Positions 20,205 to 31,402 of a stretch of DNA of 64,000 bases are shown piece after piece (within the stretch, counting starts at the first letter, position 1; each line of letters starts with the position of its first letter). The notes beneath the pieces are model-generated. The model searched no databases. It worked only from the letters and a program-made list of their open reading frames with translations, and was not told the DNA's origin. Location of the stretch: the NCBI GenBank assembly GCA_946965045.2, contig OX337231.1:2790001-2854000 (forward strand). The letters run 5' to 3'. The position numbers and the translations under genes are program-made. Source of the DNA: Epithemia pelagica (taxonomy: Eukaryota; Protista; Bacillariophyta).

Positions 20205-22708
20205 AACGGCTAAGGCCAATTGGGATTGGAACAGCCATCAGAAGAGTAGCGGCCAAGACAGCCCTAGTTCACCTTACCGATGCCATTCAACCCCTCATGC
20301 TCCAAGGAGGCCAGTGCGGCATACAAGTGCCCGGGGGAGTCGACTTTGTCGCACAAACCACGGCCATGGCAGTGCGGCAATACATCGACCGAAATCCAAC
20401 AACGACAAACCCATCAACAACATCAACAACAACCGACAGCCAGACGAGACCTCCAAGCCGAGCACTGGTCATGCTGGATCTAACAAATATGTTCAATAAT
20501 GTGAGCAGAACCGAAGCAAGAAAAATCTTGTTAGAGCACGAAGAAACAACACCACTGGTCCCCTTGTTTGACCTGTTAACACAACACACCTGCAAACAAT
20601 GGTACTTTGACGAAAACAAACAAGCACAGTTTTTACAGCAAGAAGAAGGGTTCCCACAGGGCTGCCCTTTGAGCCCGCTATTCTCCTGTCTCGTCTTACT
20701 GGCCTTAACAAACAAGCTGAACAAAGAACAAGCCAAAAGAGCACAACCACGACAGCGCAACAACAACCCACACGACGACGAAATGGGCGGAATAGGACAC
20801 ACCGCATCCATCATGGATGACACATCAGTGTGTTTGCCCCACTGCGACGTCCCATGGTTCCTAAAACGGTTCGAAGCACTCGGTCAGCCTTTGGGAATCA
20901 TTTTGAACAAAAACAAAACAACAATTCTTACCTCCACTGACGGTACATCCCCAGACACTCTAGACCCAACCGACAAACAGTGCCTCGAACAAGCGCTGTC
21001 GTTCCTTTCTCCAGAAGACCCGGCAAAAGCCGAGATCACAAACGGTGTACGATTTCTTGGACAGCCTATAGGCTCCAGCAAATTCGCCCAACAATACATC
21101 CAAAACAAAGTGAAAAAGATGCACCACAAACTAGACTGTTTCTTGCAACTGCCCGACCTCCAAACCAAACACAACCTTTTCAAATTCACCGTGGTATCGT
21201 CCCTGTTGCACCTGCTACCATCAGACGTCAACCTGGCACACACAACAACAAATCCAAGAACGACGCTTTGGTCAAGCCCAACAACATTAGAGACAGAAAA
21301 AATCGTCACACGTTTTCTCTCAGAACTCACCTCGCTCCCCGAAACAGAGATCAGCACTTCGGCTTGCCTCATTGCGGCAATGCCACAACGACTCGGAGGC
21401 CTCGGCTACCAACAAGTGGCCACATCGGCGTACCCAAGATTGCTAACCCAAACGGCACGAGCAATCGCCTTAGCAACCTTAAGAGAAACACCAATCCCGA
21501 AAGTCCACCAAAGGGAACTTATCAATTGGCAAGAAAGCACCGATGAGTACATGACAATTTTCAGAAAAACACTTTCACTATACGCCAATGAACACGCAGA
21601 AGAGCAATTGTACACACCAACGAGGTATGACCATACCACTCACAACAGACTTCTCCATCACACAGTCCAAGAACATACCCTACCGCGATTGGTAGCCGAA
21701 ACCACACCAGAACAACGAACCTTCCTCCCCGGTTTATTGTCGCCTCTCACCAGTTTGGCACTGTCTCTTCCCTTGACAGCAACACAATTTCGCTATCCAA
21801 ACAAAGTATTCCAAACAGCAATCAAAAGAAAGTTGCGGCTCCCCTTGTTCGTGAATGATCCAACACAGTCTTGGCCACAGAAATGCCGCTGCTCGAAGAG
21901 CAAGGCAATTGACCCTCTGGGAGACCATTTGTTCTCATGCACCTCCGCTTCGAAAACAGCCTTTTCGAATGCAATTCGAGATACCTTATTTGATGTACTA
22001 AGACAACTCGCACCAGCAGCTGGAACAGTCGAAACCACCCACGACGTCCACGTTGAGCCACCTGGTTTGGCTCCGCAACACGAGCGAAACATACGGCCCG
22101 CCGATGTTGGGATGCTCCTCCGAAAGCCACACCACAACGACCACTTTCAATATGTGGCAATAGACATCACAATTCCCCCACCTCAGCAACCTTTACCAAT
22201 CAACGACCCGTCCGACCACAAAACAATAGCCACAATGGCATCTAGGGCGCATCAAGAGGCAGCAAGGGCTAAGTTCTGTCGGGATCCACAAACAGCAACA
22301 CACCTGCTCCACAACAGAGTCTATCTCTTACCATTCTCCGTCGACCACCTTGGTTCCTTGGGATCCTTCGCCGATACCCTTCTATTCCCATCAGAATATC
22401 GCAACCAAACCTTATCAACAACCGAACCCCCGCCATGGAACAACCCCTTTTTCGGAAAAGACGAAAAGCGAAGCAAATCACATCCCGCGGCATATGCACT
22501 CTTCCAACAACTGAAAGAAGCACCAAACAACCTGCTTACAAAGGCAAACAAAAACACAAAAAAGTTCGGCTATCCAGAAGCAAACATATACACAATCGGA
22601 CACTTTGCAAAAGCCTCATTGGGACATGCAATAGTATCGGCACTGGCCAACCATGCCAACAATAACATCACAGCGATCCAACATCACCAATCCAATCGAA
22701 AAACTTGA
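20205..22708 (+). CDS. RT-RLE protein (N-terminally incomplete)
   Basis: LRPIGIGTAIRRVAAK begins ~20208, upstream of the listed ATG. Further motifs: LDLTNMFNNVSR, GFPQGCPLSP, SIMDD, MPQRLGGLG, CRC...DPLGDHLFSC, RPADV and AIDITI. Confidence 0.88.
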
Positions 22709-23019
22709 ATCACACAATTGCAAAATCTGGCAACACCACGTTTTGCACCAGTCACTCCGATCTACTCCCCGGCTCCAATGGCACAGTTCATCACTGCCAC
22801 GGACACAGCCCCACTCCTTTGCGAACTCACCGCTTGGGAGTCACACTTTACCATAGACAGTAACATACTAAAAAAAGCTTGCTAAACATGCTCTAATGCG
22901 AGACGTGCGCAGACCTGCACTTCAGACATGCGCCGAACCATTTTGGTACTGCAGATTTCTCACTTTTCTCTTCTTCATAAATCCGTATCCAGCAATTGGA
23001 TCTGTATCAAGACTCAATC

Positions 23020-23871
23020 ATGACAACCCCGTCAATTCGCGGTTCGGCCATCTCATTCAATGGTGGTAAGATGAGCCACGTCTTTGTCCCGGGGAAAGGT
23101 CGATATGAAGAGGGCTTCACTTCAGATACTGCAAAGAGGTGCTTTGAAGACACATCAAGTATTGTATCGTTGAAAGTCCACGGAGAATGCTGTATTCTTG
23201 TGCGGAGGCCGATAACACAAGATCCAAACATGTCTTTTATCGATACGGAAGGGAGTGCATGTCCCGTCTATGAATGGATATTTGGGACAAGGCTAGATAC
23301 AAAAGGCAAGTCACCACCGGAAAATCACATTCCTGTTCCGACACAAGAACACACGAGCGATCGAGGAGAGGCGAAACTTCTCCACCCCGCAGTCTTTCAG
23401 AAGCATACCTACTGTTTTGTCCCTTTGGACAAAGACCTTGTTGTTGGAAAAGGTGGCAAAAAGACCAAGCCGGGTCCCGACACATATGCTGCCATTGACG
23501 CGGGCGTGAAATCCGGTGCCCTACCTGATCCAAATGCTGACAACGCACCCGATTATATTACTGTCGAATGGATTGGTCGCAAGCACCAGGGTAATATGGA
23601 TTGTTTGGACGTCGACCACGCCATTACCATTCATGGTAGCACGGTTGTTCCAATCCCCGTACGCACTCGAGCAGCCATTGAGCAAATGGCGCGCGAGGTG
23701 TCTATCGAAGGTCTGGTCTTTCAGGACCGAGAATCTGGAGAAAGATTCAAACTGCGTTTTGATATGATGGTGGATGATTCTTTGTTCGCAATGAGAACAA
23801 AACAACGGGTTTCAACACCGGAGTCTACCTCAATCAAACCATCTATCATTAAATCAGTGAGTGGAACTTGA
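23020..23871 (+). CDS. RLIG1: RLIG1/C12orf29 (DUF5565)-like RNA ligase-type nucleotidyltransferase
   Basis: Collinear motifs recalled from RLIG1: KMSHVFV, LKVHGECC (motif I), TRLDTK, FVPLDK, TVEWIG...QGN, TIHG and IEGLVF...FKL. Confidence 0.65.
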   Translation: MTTPSIRGSAISFNGGKMSHVFVPGKGRYEEGFTSDTAKRCFEDTSSIVSLKVHGECCILVRRPITQDPNMSFIDTEGSACPVYEWIFGTRLDTKGKSPPENHIPVPTQEHTSDRGEAKLLHPAVFQKHTYCFVPLDKDLVVGKGGKKTKPGPDTYAAIDAGVKSGALPDPNADNAPDYITVEWIGRKHQGNMDCLDVDHAITIHGSTVVPIPVRTRAAIEQMAREVSIEGLVFQDRESGERFKLRFDMMVDDSLFAMRTKQRVSTPESTSIKPSIIKSVSGT

Positions 23872-23916
23872 GGATTTCAAGAGATGGTAGGAAAGCTAAT
23901 CAGAGTCTATTATATC

Positions 23917-25517
23917 CTAGCGGCATTCGTGAAAGACATCTCGTTTCTCGGGAAGGAGCATTAAGCTTGTCATGCTCCCAACCATTTGTACGCCAAGCCA
24001 ACAAATAGCTTGCTTACATGCACAGTGATCGTCTGCGAAGAAGTTGTATGAAAACATAAGTACGACGCTCAAGGTGGTGTCGACAACGAAACAAGGATAC
24101 TTTTCTGTACTCACCACACCAAGAATATCCATTATAACTTGGATGCTTGTCGATGAATGGGCAGGATCAATACCCACGTATTTCATACCAACCGGAAGTA
24201 GTGATCCAATCGCAATACTGATCATGACAATGGCAACCAGACTAGTTGTTATGGCCATCGTCTCTGTGATAAAAACAGATTTCATTGCATGTGAGCTCAA
24301 GTCGTAAGGTCAGCATCGTAAAATGGAAAATGTACACTTACCTGGAATGGGAGTTGCAAAGACTGCTGCTCTTACACACCCACTGACACCGAGAATTGCT
24401 GACAGAATCAAACCCGCGCGAAATTCTTGCCATAAATACTCTCGGAGGTTTTGGTCTGTGATGGAACCAACGGCGAGCCCTCGGATCACTTGGAGCATGG
24501 TTATAAAAAGAAGAATCTGTGTCAGCATTCTTTTAAGATAACTTGATCCAAATCTTTTTCTCCACCAAACCTACCTCGAACGCTAGCCTGATTTCCGGCA
24601 TTTCCTCCAGCACCAACGAGCATGGTAAGGAATTGAACAATGATTATGTGTTCTTCCAGCACTTCTTCATTTCGCTTAATGATAAAGGAAGAAAGCGACT
24701 GTAATACCATCAGTCCAACCAGCCAAGATGCACGGTCCTTGAGATCCGGCCAAAACGATGAATGGGTAGGTATAGATTCGCCGTCGTCAACATTGAAACG
24801 GTCCAGTTGACCGGGGGGCTGAGAGAACAAAGAGTCCTCCTCCGTCATGTCGTCGCTGAAGACGTCGCTTGAGTTCCTAACCATCCGGCGATCAAGGGCT
24901 GAGTCCGAGGCAGCTTCGGCATTCTGAGTTTTCTCGATTCTGTCCATATACTCAGCCCCAGCCCCTACTTGTCGCCGATGATGTAAGCCTCGCCCACTCG
25001 AATGTGCGTCCAAGTCATCACGTACAACAGCCTCTACGATATCAGAATTCCTATTTTGCGAACTGGAGAAACTCCAACGCCTTCGTTTCGTCCGTTTTCG
25101 TTTCGAAGGTGATGGAATTTTGGGACTTTGTTTTTCTTCAGGAAAATTGGTGACTTTCGCTCTTCGTTCGTCATGTTGCTCTCGTCGCATCAACAGCGCG
25201 TGCTCTAGATCACCGCTGTCCGATGATATCTCTTCTTCAAAACGGGCAATCTTGGAACGGAGACGTGCGTTCTCTTCAAGAAGGCTAGCCACTGTCTGCT
25301 GCTGATCATGATATTCCTTGGGAGCTTCACTGGAATTGGCTTCCTCCAGGTCCGGTATACGTTCATGATCTCTGCGACCACCAAACATACCTCTTGCGCT
25401 CCTGAACAAACTGCTCTCTCCTCGTTTCTCACTGTGAGCTCGCCCTTCAACCGCAACGTTCTTTGCAATAGGTGGCAGTTCCATCGCTACGATACGGGAG
25501 CTGTGGTAATGCTTCAA
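23917..25517 (-). CDS. MgtE/SLC41-type divalent cation transporter (multi-exon)
   Basis: WLVGLMVLQS, FLTMLVGAGGNAGNQAS, EFRAGLILS and DPAHSSTSIQVIMDILGV; split by short GT-AG introns. Confidence 0.85.
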
Positions 25518-25620
25518 TGTGCCCAGAAACTACGATGACAGACTTCACAGATTGCTCGGCAGGGCATGTAAGGCTTAGCCTTACTTTTTTTGGCCTCGAG
25601 TCACGTCACGTCGTGCGCAC

Positions 25621-25664
25621 AGCAATTGGCCCATGGAGGCTCCAAAGCAATTGGCCCATGGAGG
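25621..25664. promoter_or_regulatory. 19-bp direct repeat in a divergent promoter
   Basis: AGCAATTGGCCCATGGAGG at 25621 and 25646. The repeat is seen directly; function is inferred. Confidence 0.45.
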
Positions 25665-26164
25665 TTACACCACAACCAACAAAAGCCCTCTGCTGCTCCG
25701 GTTACTTTGCGAGTGAAAAAGGCATATATATCGCTGATAGGTCGCGTAAGAGGCGTCTATTTAAATTTTAAAATAAGATGTGGGGGATGGCGACTTTGAT
25801 CTTGGTCGTGGGTCGCTTCTTGTACCTTTTTACAATACAATTGACTCAAAATCGTACTGGCTATTGTACATCAAATACTATAGCCCATAACACGCCTGCC
25901 ATTTTGTTGACAACGGGCGTATCTGAGGATCGCCCAACGCTCACAAAAAAATTTTAGGCGATCGTTAGGCGTTGGAACGGATAGATGAACGGGATCTTTT
26001 CTATGATGATGGCGATACAATTTGTGTAACAAAAAAAGCAGCGATGGACAGGACGAGGGACAACATCTCTAGTTGGGACTTTACTTGATCCGAGAAAGTG
26101 CTACCGAGTAAGACCAGAAGGGTGCACTGGCCGCTGACTGACTCCGCAGATAACGAAGAGGACG

Positions 26165-28450
26165 ATGGTGATTCCATCATCCTTACCTCGCGGCGAAGCG
26201 ACAGCATTAGGTCGAATGCGATCGTTGCAAACTGAGACGGCTGTAAAACAACATCGCTCTGCTTTGCCAGACATGAACCATAGTAGTGACCCCTACGTCC
26301 AAACTTGCGATGTCCCTGATTTTGTTCGCCTTCGAAGCGAACCAAATCAGTCCGCCAAAGGAGAAACATGGTACGACTATTTCTTCGGACCGTCGGGAGA
26401 CGATACCAGACAACAGCTACAGCATGCGCGTGAAAGGCATAATCAACAAGAAGGAAGGGAAGAATCCGCTGTGGAAATGAGGGAAGAGGGAACAGCGAGG
26501 AATCGCGCCTCGCTGACAACTTCTAGACAACAGCAAGAAGAGAGTAGTACCTTTCCGAAATGGTTGGCTTGGCTGGACCCGACAGTAAGAACTGTTCCTG
26601 AGGCCAAGCCAAAGACGTCAAAGTCATCATCCATTTTTTCCGGTGAAGAATCAGACGCCTTATTTCTTGGCAAAGGCCGAAGAAAGAAATCGCGTGGCGT
26701 CGTAATTGATGCCGATGACGACCTAGCAGACTCCAACCGAAGGAGACTCATTGACCCACCAGCTGAAGGAGGGAATGATGAAGACACTTCACTAGATGAT
26801 TCTTCCATCGAAGAATCAAAACTGTTTCGTGACTTGGACTCTGTTCCATCGACACGAGTAGACACCATTGCAGGATCGATTAAAACGAGCGATTTCGACA
26901 TGTATGATGCATCGTCTACAACCGCCAGTGTAACGAACTCAGTGGTTGACAACAAGATTGAGAATCTCAAAATGCCTCGAACGAAGAGTCGTGCACCTTC
27001 TGTGGCAACCAGAGACAAAGCGGCCGCAGAACAGAAAAGTCTAGAAGCCAGAAGGCAAATTTTGGTCAAGGAGCTTCGCACTACTATAACAACTTTTGGC
27101 CGATACGATGTGAAGACTGCTAATATCAGCGCCGCCCTTGGTGATCTCCTTGACGAATCAAAGCAACATGACCAGTCCATCAAGCTCCATCGTGATGCCG
27201 TGGAAATCTACAGTTCAAAACTGGGCGATGACCACTCCACCACAATGGAAGCAAAGCTTCAACTAGGAAAGGTCCTGGAAAATGCTGGTGAATACGACGA
27301 GGCGATCAACATTTATTTCTTGGTCACAGTAATGAGAAGAGCAATAAATGGAGAGAAAGACCCGTCCGCCGCGGACTCTCTGGTGCTCATGGCAGATGCT
27401 CTACGAAACAAAGATGACTACCACCAAGCCATCAAGGAACTCAAAAGAGCGCTCAAGATCTATCGCGAGGCTCTTGGCGATGCACATAACAAGGTCTCCA
27501 CCACTGTTGATGAAATTGCCTCACTTTATGTGACTGTTGGAGACTTTGAGAAGTCGGCTGCCATTCTCGAGGAGGTCGTCAAGCTCAAGGCTGTCACACA
27601 AGGAATGCAAAGCAGAGCAGTTGCATCCACACTATGCAGCCTTGCGACAACATATGAATGTTCTGAAGATTTTGCAAAGGCAATGAAATCAATGAAAAAA
27701 GCGTACAAGATTTATACTGAGATGGATGGCTACTCATCCAAAGAGGCTACTAACACGTTGAACCGAATCGCGCAGCTTTATGAAGCAACCGGAGACCATG
27801 ATAGAGCATCAATAGCTTACTTGGGTGTTCTTCGAGGAAGAAAAATCAACCATGGAGATGACCATCTTCTAGTTGGAGAAACATACTACAAACTTGGTCA
27901 TTCGCTTCGCGAAAGCGGCCAACATGACAAGGCCTTGAAATGCCTCAAAGAAGGATTGCCCATTTTTGTGAACAAGGGTGTGGAGATAAACGACGTCGAA
28001 ATGATTGCCGAGGTCATGCACGAAATGGCTCTGATAAACAAGGATCGAAAAAGATTCAATGAAGCTGCGCGAATCTTCAAGCAAGAACTCGGAGTGCGGA
28101 GAAAAATTGGACAGGCAGATTACCCTATGATTGCAAGAACACTTAATCATTTGGGGGTCACAGAGTACGAGATGAAGAACAACAACAAGTCTTTGAAATA
28201 CCTAATCGAAGCTTTGACAATATTCAAAGACAGAGCGGAAGGAAGCGTAGAGTGCGCTGAGGTTCTCTTTAACACGGGATTGGTCTTTGAGTCCTCAAGG
28301 AACAGAGAGCGAGCCATGGAAGCCTATGACGAAGCTGCACGCATATTCAAAGAGCATGGCTACAAGGAAAATCACCCACACCTTGCCAAAGCTGTACGGA
28401 AAATCGAGAAGCTCCAGTCTCAACGCAACGGCGTGACACAAAAGACATGA
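26165..28450 (+). CDS. Tetratricopeptide-repeat protein (kinesin light chain/NPHP3-like TPRs)
   Basis: Multiple 42-aa-type TPRs (e.g. ALKIYREALGDAHNKVSTTVDEIASLY) after a disordered N-terminus. Confidence 0.85.
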   Translation: MVIPSSLPRGEATALGRMRSLQTETAVKQHRSALPDMNHSSDPYVQTCDVPDFVRLRSEPNQSAKGETWYDYFFGPSGDDTRQQLQHARERHNQQEGREESAVEMREEGTARNRASLTTSRQQQEESSTFPKWLAWLDPTVRTVPEAKPKTSKSSSIFSGEESDALFLGKGRRKKSRGVVIDADDDLADSNRRRLIDPPAEGGNDEDTSLDDSSIEESKLFRDLDSVPSTRVDTIAGSIKTSDFDMYDASSTTASVTNSVVDNKIENLKMPRTKSRAPSVATRDKAAAEQKSLEARRQILVKELRTTITTFGRYDVKTANISAALGDLLDESKQHDQSIKLHRDAVEIYSSKLGDDHSTTMEAKLQLGKVLENAGEYDEAINIYFLVTVMRRAINGEKDPSAADSLVLMADALRNKDDYHQAIKELKRALKIYREALGDAHNKVSTTVDEIASLYVTVGDFEKSAAILEEVVKLKAVTQGMQSRAVASTLCSLATTYECSEDFAKAMKSMKKAYKIYTEMDGYSSKEATNTLNRIAQLYEATGDHDRASIAYLGVLRGRKINHGDDHLLVGETYYKLGHSLRESGQHDKALKCLKEGLPIFVNKGVEINDVEMIAEVMHEMALINKDRKRFNEAARIFKQELGVRRKIGQADYPMIARTLNHLGVTEYEMKNNNKSLKYLIEALTIFKDRAEGSVECAEVLFNTGLVFESSRNRERAMEAYDEAARIFKEHGYKENHPHLAKAVRKIEKLQSQRNGVTQKT

Positions 28451-28774
28451 GAATGGGAGATGTTGTCGTGTGTAATATTAACTGAACCATTGAAATATAA
28501 ATTTTCCCTTTCTCATCTTAACCTTTTCTGTCCCGTGTCCTGTCAGTTTTCACCTTTAATATGAACTCCAACGGTTTTCCCCTGTCTTTGGTGTTCAACT
28601 AACGCCATTATCGTTCATCCATCGAAGCAGTGACCATGGCAGCGTTGTGTATGATGACACCCCTGCTCTCATACATGACCTATAGCTATGGCATAGACAA
28701 CCAGAACGATCTAGAGGGGTAAGTTTATACTTTATTACGCTTATACTATTTCGACGACCTTCGACGACGAAGGC

Positions 28775-29239
28775 TTACTCGTCGTCTTCTTCATCTTCGG
28801 CACTAGCACGTGCAACGGATCCGGCAATTCGATCCAAATCTTGTTGTCCGACAACAGTGACCCGGCGGCCACCGGAAGGTAGTTTTTCCATAACCTTCAT
28901 TTCTTCCAACTGCAACAGAACTGATCGGATGACTCCACTGGAAGCCTTACGAAAGTGTTCGGTGCGTGCACCACGACGGTAGGCACCTCCATACCATTTT
29001 TGAAGCTGTCCAATACCAATGCCTGGTCGCAAGTATACTTTGCGGGCAATCGAAGCAGCACGGATGTAGTACCAATCGTCACCATAGGGGGCCAATTCCT
29101 TGAAAACGGCAGTTTTGATTGTGTCGCTCCAGACAGGGAGATCAAACTTGTCTGAGTTTTTCAAGTGCTCAGCATAAGCTGAAATGAAGCGTGTTGCTTT
29201 GACATCGCGAACACAGATTCCGCGGGCTTCTTCTGCCAT
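28775..29239 (-). CDS. RPS19: 40S ribosomal protein S19
   Basis: VRDVKA...KELAPYGDDWYYIRAASIARKVY...GQQDLDRIA. Confidence 0.97.
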   Translation of the reverse strand: MAEEARGICVRDVKATRFISAYAEHLKNSDKFDLPVWSDTIKTAVFKELAPYGDDWYYIRAASIARKVYLRPGIGIGQLQKWYGGAYRRGARTEHFRKASSGVIRSVLLQLEEMKVMEKLPSGGRRVTVVGQQDLDRIAGSVARASAEDEEDDE

Positions 29240-29767
29240 TCTATTTTGGTAAAATCAAAGGTGTGGGTCTAAAAGGCAAGGAAAACAAATTGGAAGACGA
29301 CGTCAGACCATTGCATAAGCCATTATTCAAACACAACTGAGATGCTTCCCAAGGAGCTCCTAGGGATCACATGTAAATTTGCTGTGTTTCTCAGTTCCAC
29401 TACGTCCCCAGCAACTCCTATTGAGAGACTGACAGAGCTCCTTTGCGTCAAAAATTCGCCACGACACCTCAAAAACCTCCATACAATAACACACCTGAGC
29501 TATAGATATAAAGGATGTATATGTGTCTCTGAATAGTCAGCTCATACAAATCTTTCAGCATCGGGGTCCAACAGCAAGAGGAGAGTGGCAGGTCGAGGGC
29601 AACACACGAAACGGAAGAGATATTGTAGTAACGAGTAAGGAGGTAAATTAACGTGACTGAATAAATGTCATGAGTCTTTTATGACGTCATCGAGTTTCAG
29701 TTTTTCCGCCTCCTCCACCACCGAGTTTTTGTCCTTTTAGAATTTTGGGCTTTACCCATAATTCATC

Positions 29768-31042
29768 ATGACAAAGCGAAAACGTTCCAGCGGTCGCAAC
29801 ATCAAAACAACCACAAATGAACGAGGAACGAAACGAAACACCGATAGTTTCAATGATGATGCGGGAAACTGGTCCAAAAGCAAGAGGACCCGTATGAGAC
29901 GGCTCAAAGCCAAACAACGAATTTTATCAGAGCATCATTCTTCTATCGAATCACGTACCCCTCAGGATGGGGACGGTGACATCCAGAGAGTCTCGAAGAA
30001 TTCACGCCACCAGATGAATAGTCTCGATGATTCTAATGGAGACACTGCATCGAAGAATGGAACAGAAGGTGGAGGAGGCGGCTCAGAAAGACAACTCAGA
30101 ATGAACCCCTCCAAGGCCTCTTCACTTATCGAATCTTTTAAAGCACGCCTGACGGGAAGTAGATTTCGCACTCTTAACGAAGATTTGTACACGACCACAT
30201 CTCAACAATCACTTGAACGCTTCACAAAAGAGCCCCACTTGTTTGAGGAATATCATGATGGATTTCGCCATCAAGTCAGCTCATGGCCCGTAAATCCAGT
30301 CGTGGTGATTGTAAACAAGATTCTCAAACAACAACAAGCCAGACCGAAGACCGAAGGAAAGCTTGTGGTTGCAGATTTTGGCTGTGGTGATGCGCAGCTT
30401 GCCCATGAGCTGTTACAGCTGCCGAAAACTGATTTAGGAGAAATCAGTACGGAACCTAGTGCCAGAAAGAAAAGGAAGAGACGAAAAGGTGGCAACGAAG
30501 AGCAGTCTATGAAAACTTCGTCTGAGGTCGCGGTGGAAAGCGATTGTTTTCGAGTTCACTCCTTTGATCTTGTTCAACCTAGAAATGAATCAAGGCGGCA
30601 TCTGGTCACTGCATGTGACATGGCAAATGTTCCGCTGAAATCGTCATCGGTTGATGTTGGTGTATTTTGCCTCTCTCTGATGGGAACCAATTTAGCTGAT
30701 TTTATCCGAGAGGCACATCGCGTCTTGAAGCCAAATGCTTGTTTGTGGATTGCGGAAGTTCTCTCGAGATTCTCTAATGATGGCTCATGTTCTACCCAGA
30801 GTAAACCCCAGCCTGCATCTTCCGCAAAACAGCCACGTGCTCATCGGAGCAAAAAAGGGATTCACACAGAGAAAAATGGGTTAAATGCATTCAAAACCGT
30901 CCTGGACGATCTTGGGTTTCGGTGCGTGGACACTGATTCGTCCAACAAGATGTTTTTCCTTCTTCGGCTAGTCAAGAGTGGGAAAAAGCCGGATGCCTCC
31001 GTGGCGTACACTGCTAAACCCTGTATATACAAACGCCGTTAG
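29768..31042 (+). CDS. RRP8: Ribosomal RNA-processing protein 8 (rRNA m1A methyltransferase)
   Basis: ARLTGSRFRTLNEDLYT, YHDGFRHQVSSWPVNP, VADFGCGDA, FCLSLMGTN and AKPCIYKRR. Confidence 0.93.
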   Translation: MTKRKRSSGRNIKTTTNERGTKRNTDSFNDDAGNWSKSKRTRMRRLKAKQRILSEHHSSIESRTPQDGDGDIQRVSKNSRHQMNSLDDSNGDTASKNGTEGGGGGSERQLRMNPSKASSLIESFKARLTGSRFRTLNEDLYTTTSQQSLERFTKEPHLFEEYHDGFRHQVSSWPVNPVVVIVNKILKQQQARPKTEGKLVVADFGCGDAQLAHELLQLPKTDLGEISTEPSARKKRKRRKGGNEEQSMKTSSEVAVESDCFRVHSFDLVQPRNESRRHLVTACDMANVPLKSSSVDVGVFCLSLMGTNLADFIREAHRVLKPNACLWIAEVLSRFSNDGSCSTQSKPQPASSAKQPRAHRSKKGIHTEKNGLNAFKTVLDDLGFRCVDTDSSNKMFFLLRLVKSGKKPDASVAYTAKPCIYKRR

Positions 31043-31295
31043 AACAAAGAGACAAATTTCTAACAGCTTTGTATAGAAATACTCTGTTGACACTTAGGAA
31101 CTTAGGATGGGGATATTTATTGGAGCGCGGCAATGCCTTGCAATCCATGGCTACGGTCGTATCTATTCCGAAAAATCAGCCAACCCAGCTGATTCTCACA
31201 CAACAGAAATGCGTAATAGGTAGCATTTACGCAAGCGAAAAGGTAAAAGATGGATTCCTCCAAAGTTTCGCGTCAACATAGAAACATCACAGTCG

Positions 31296-31331
31296 GAAGA
31301 AAATAATAGCTCCGAAGAAAATAATAGCTCC
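31296..31331. repeat. 18-bp tandem duplication
   Basis: GAAGAAAATAATAGCTCC x2 between convergent RRP8 and CDC40. Confidence 0.85.
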
Positions 31332-31402
31332 GATTCTGTTCACCTTGTTTGAGGAAGTGGGTCTCTTAGTCTTCCTAGTCACATTTTGATTTTTGATAGC
31401 CT

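Larger units (their letters stand above)
17640..22876 (+). mobile_element. CRE-clade-like non-LTR retrotransposon (RT + restriction-like endonuclease), damaged; 5' boundary approximate
   Basis: A/C-rich ORF1-like frame followed by RT, CCHC and RPAD endonuclease motifs. An A7 tail lies at 22870-22876. No TSD was identified. Confidence 0.8.
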
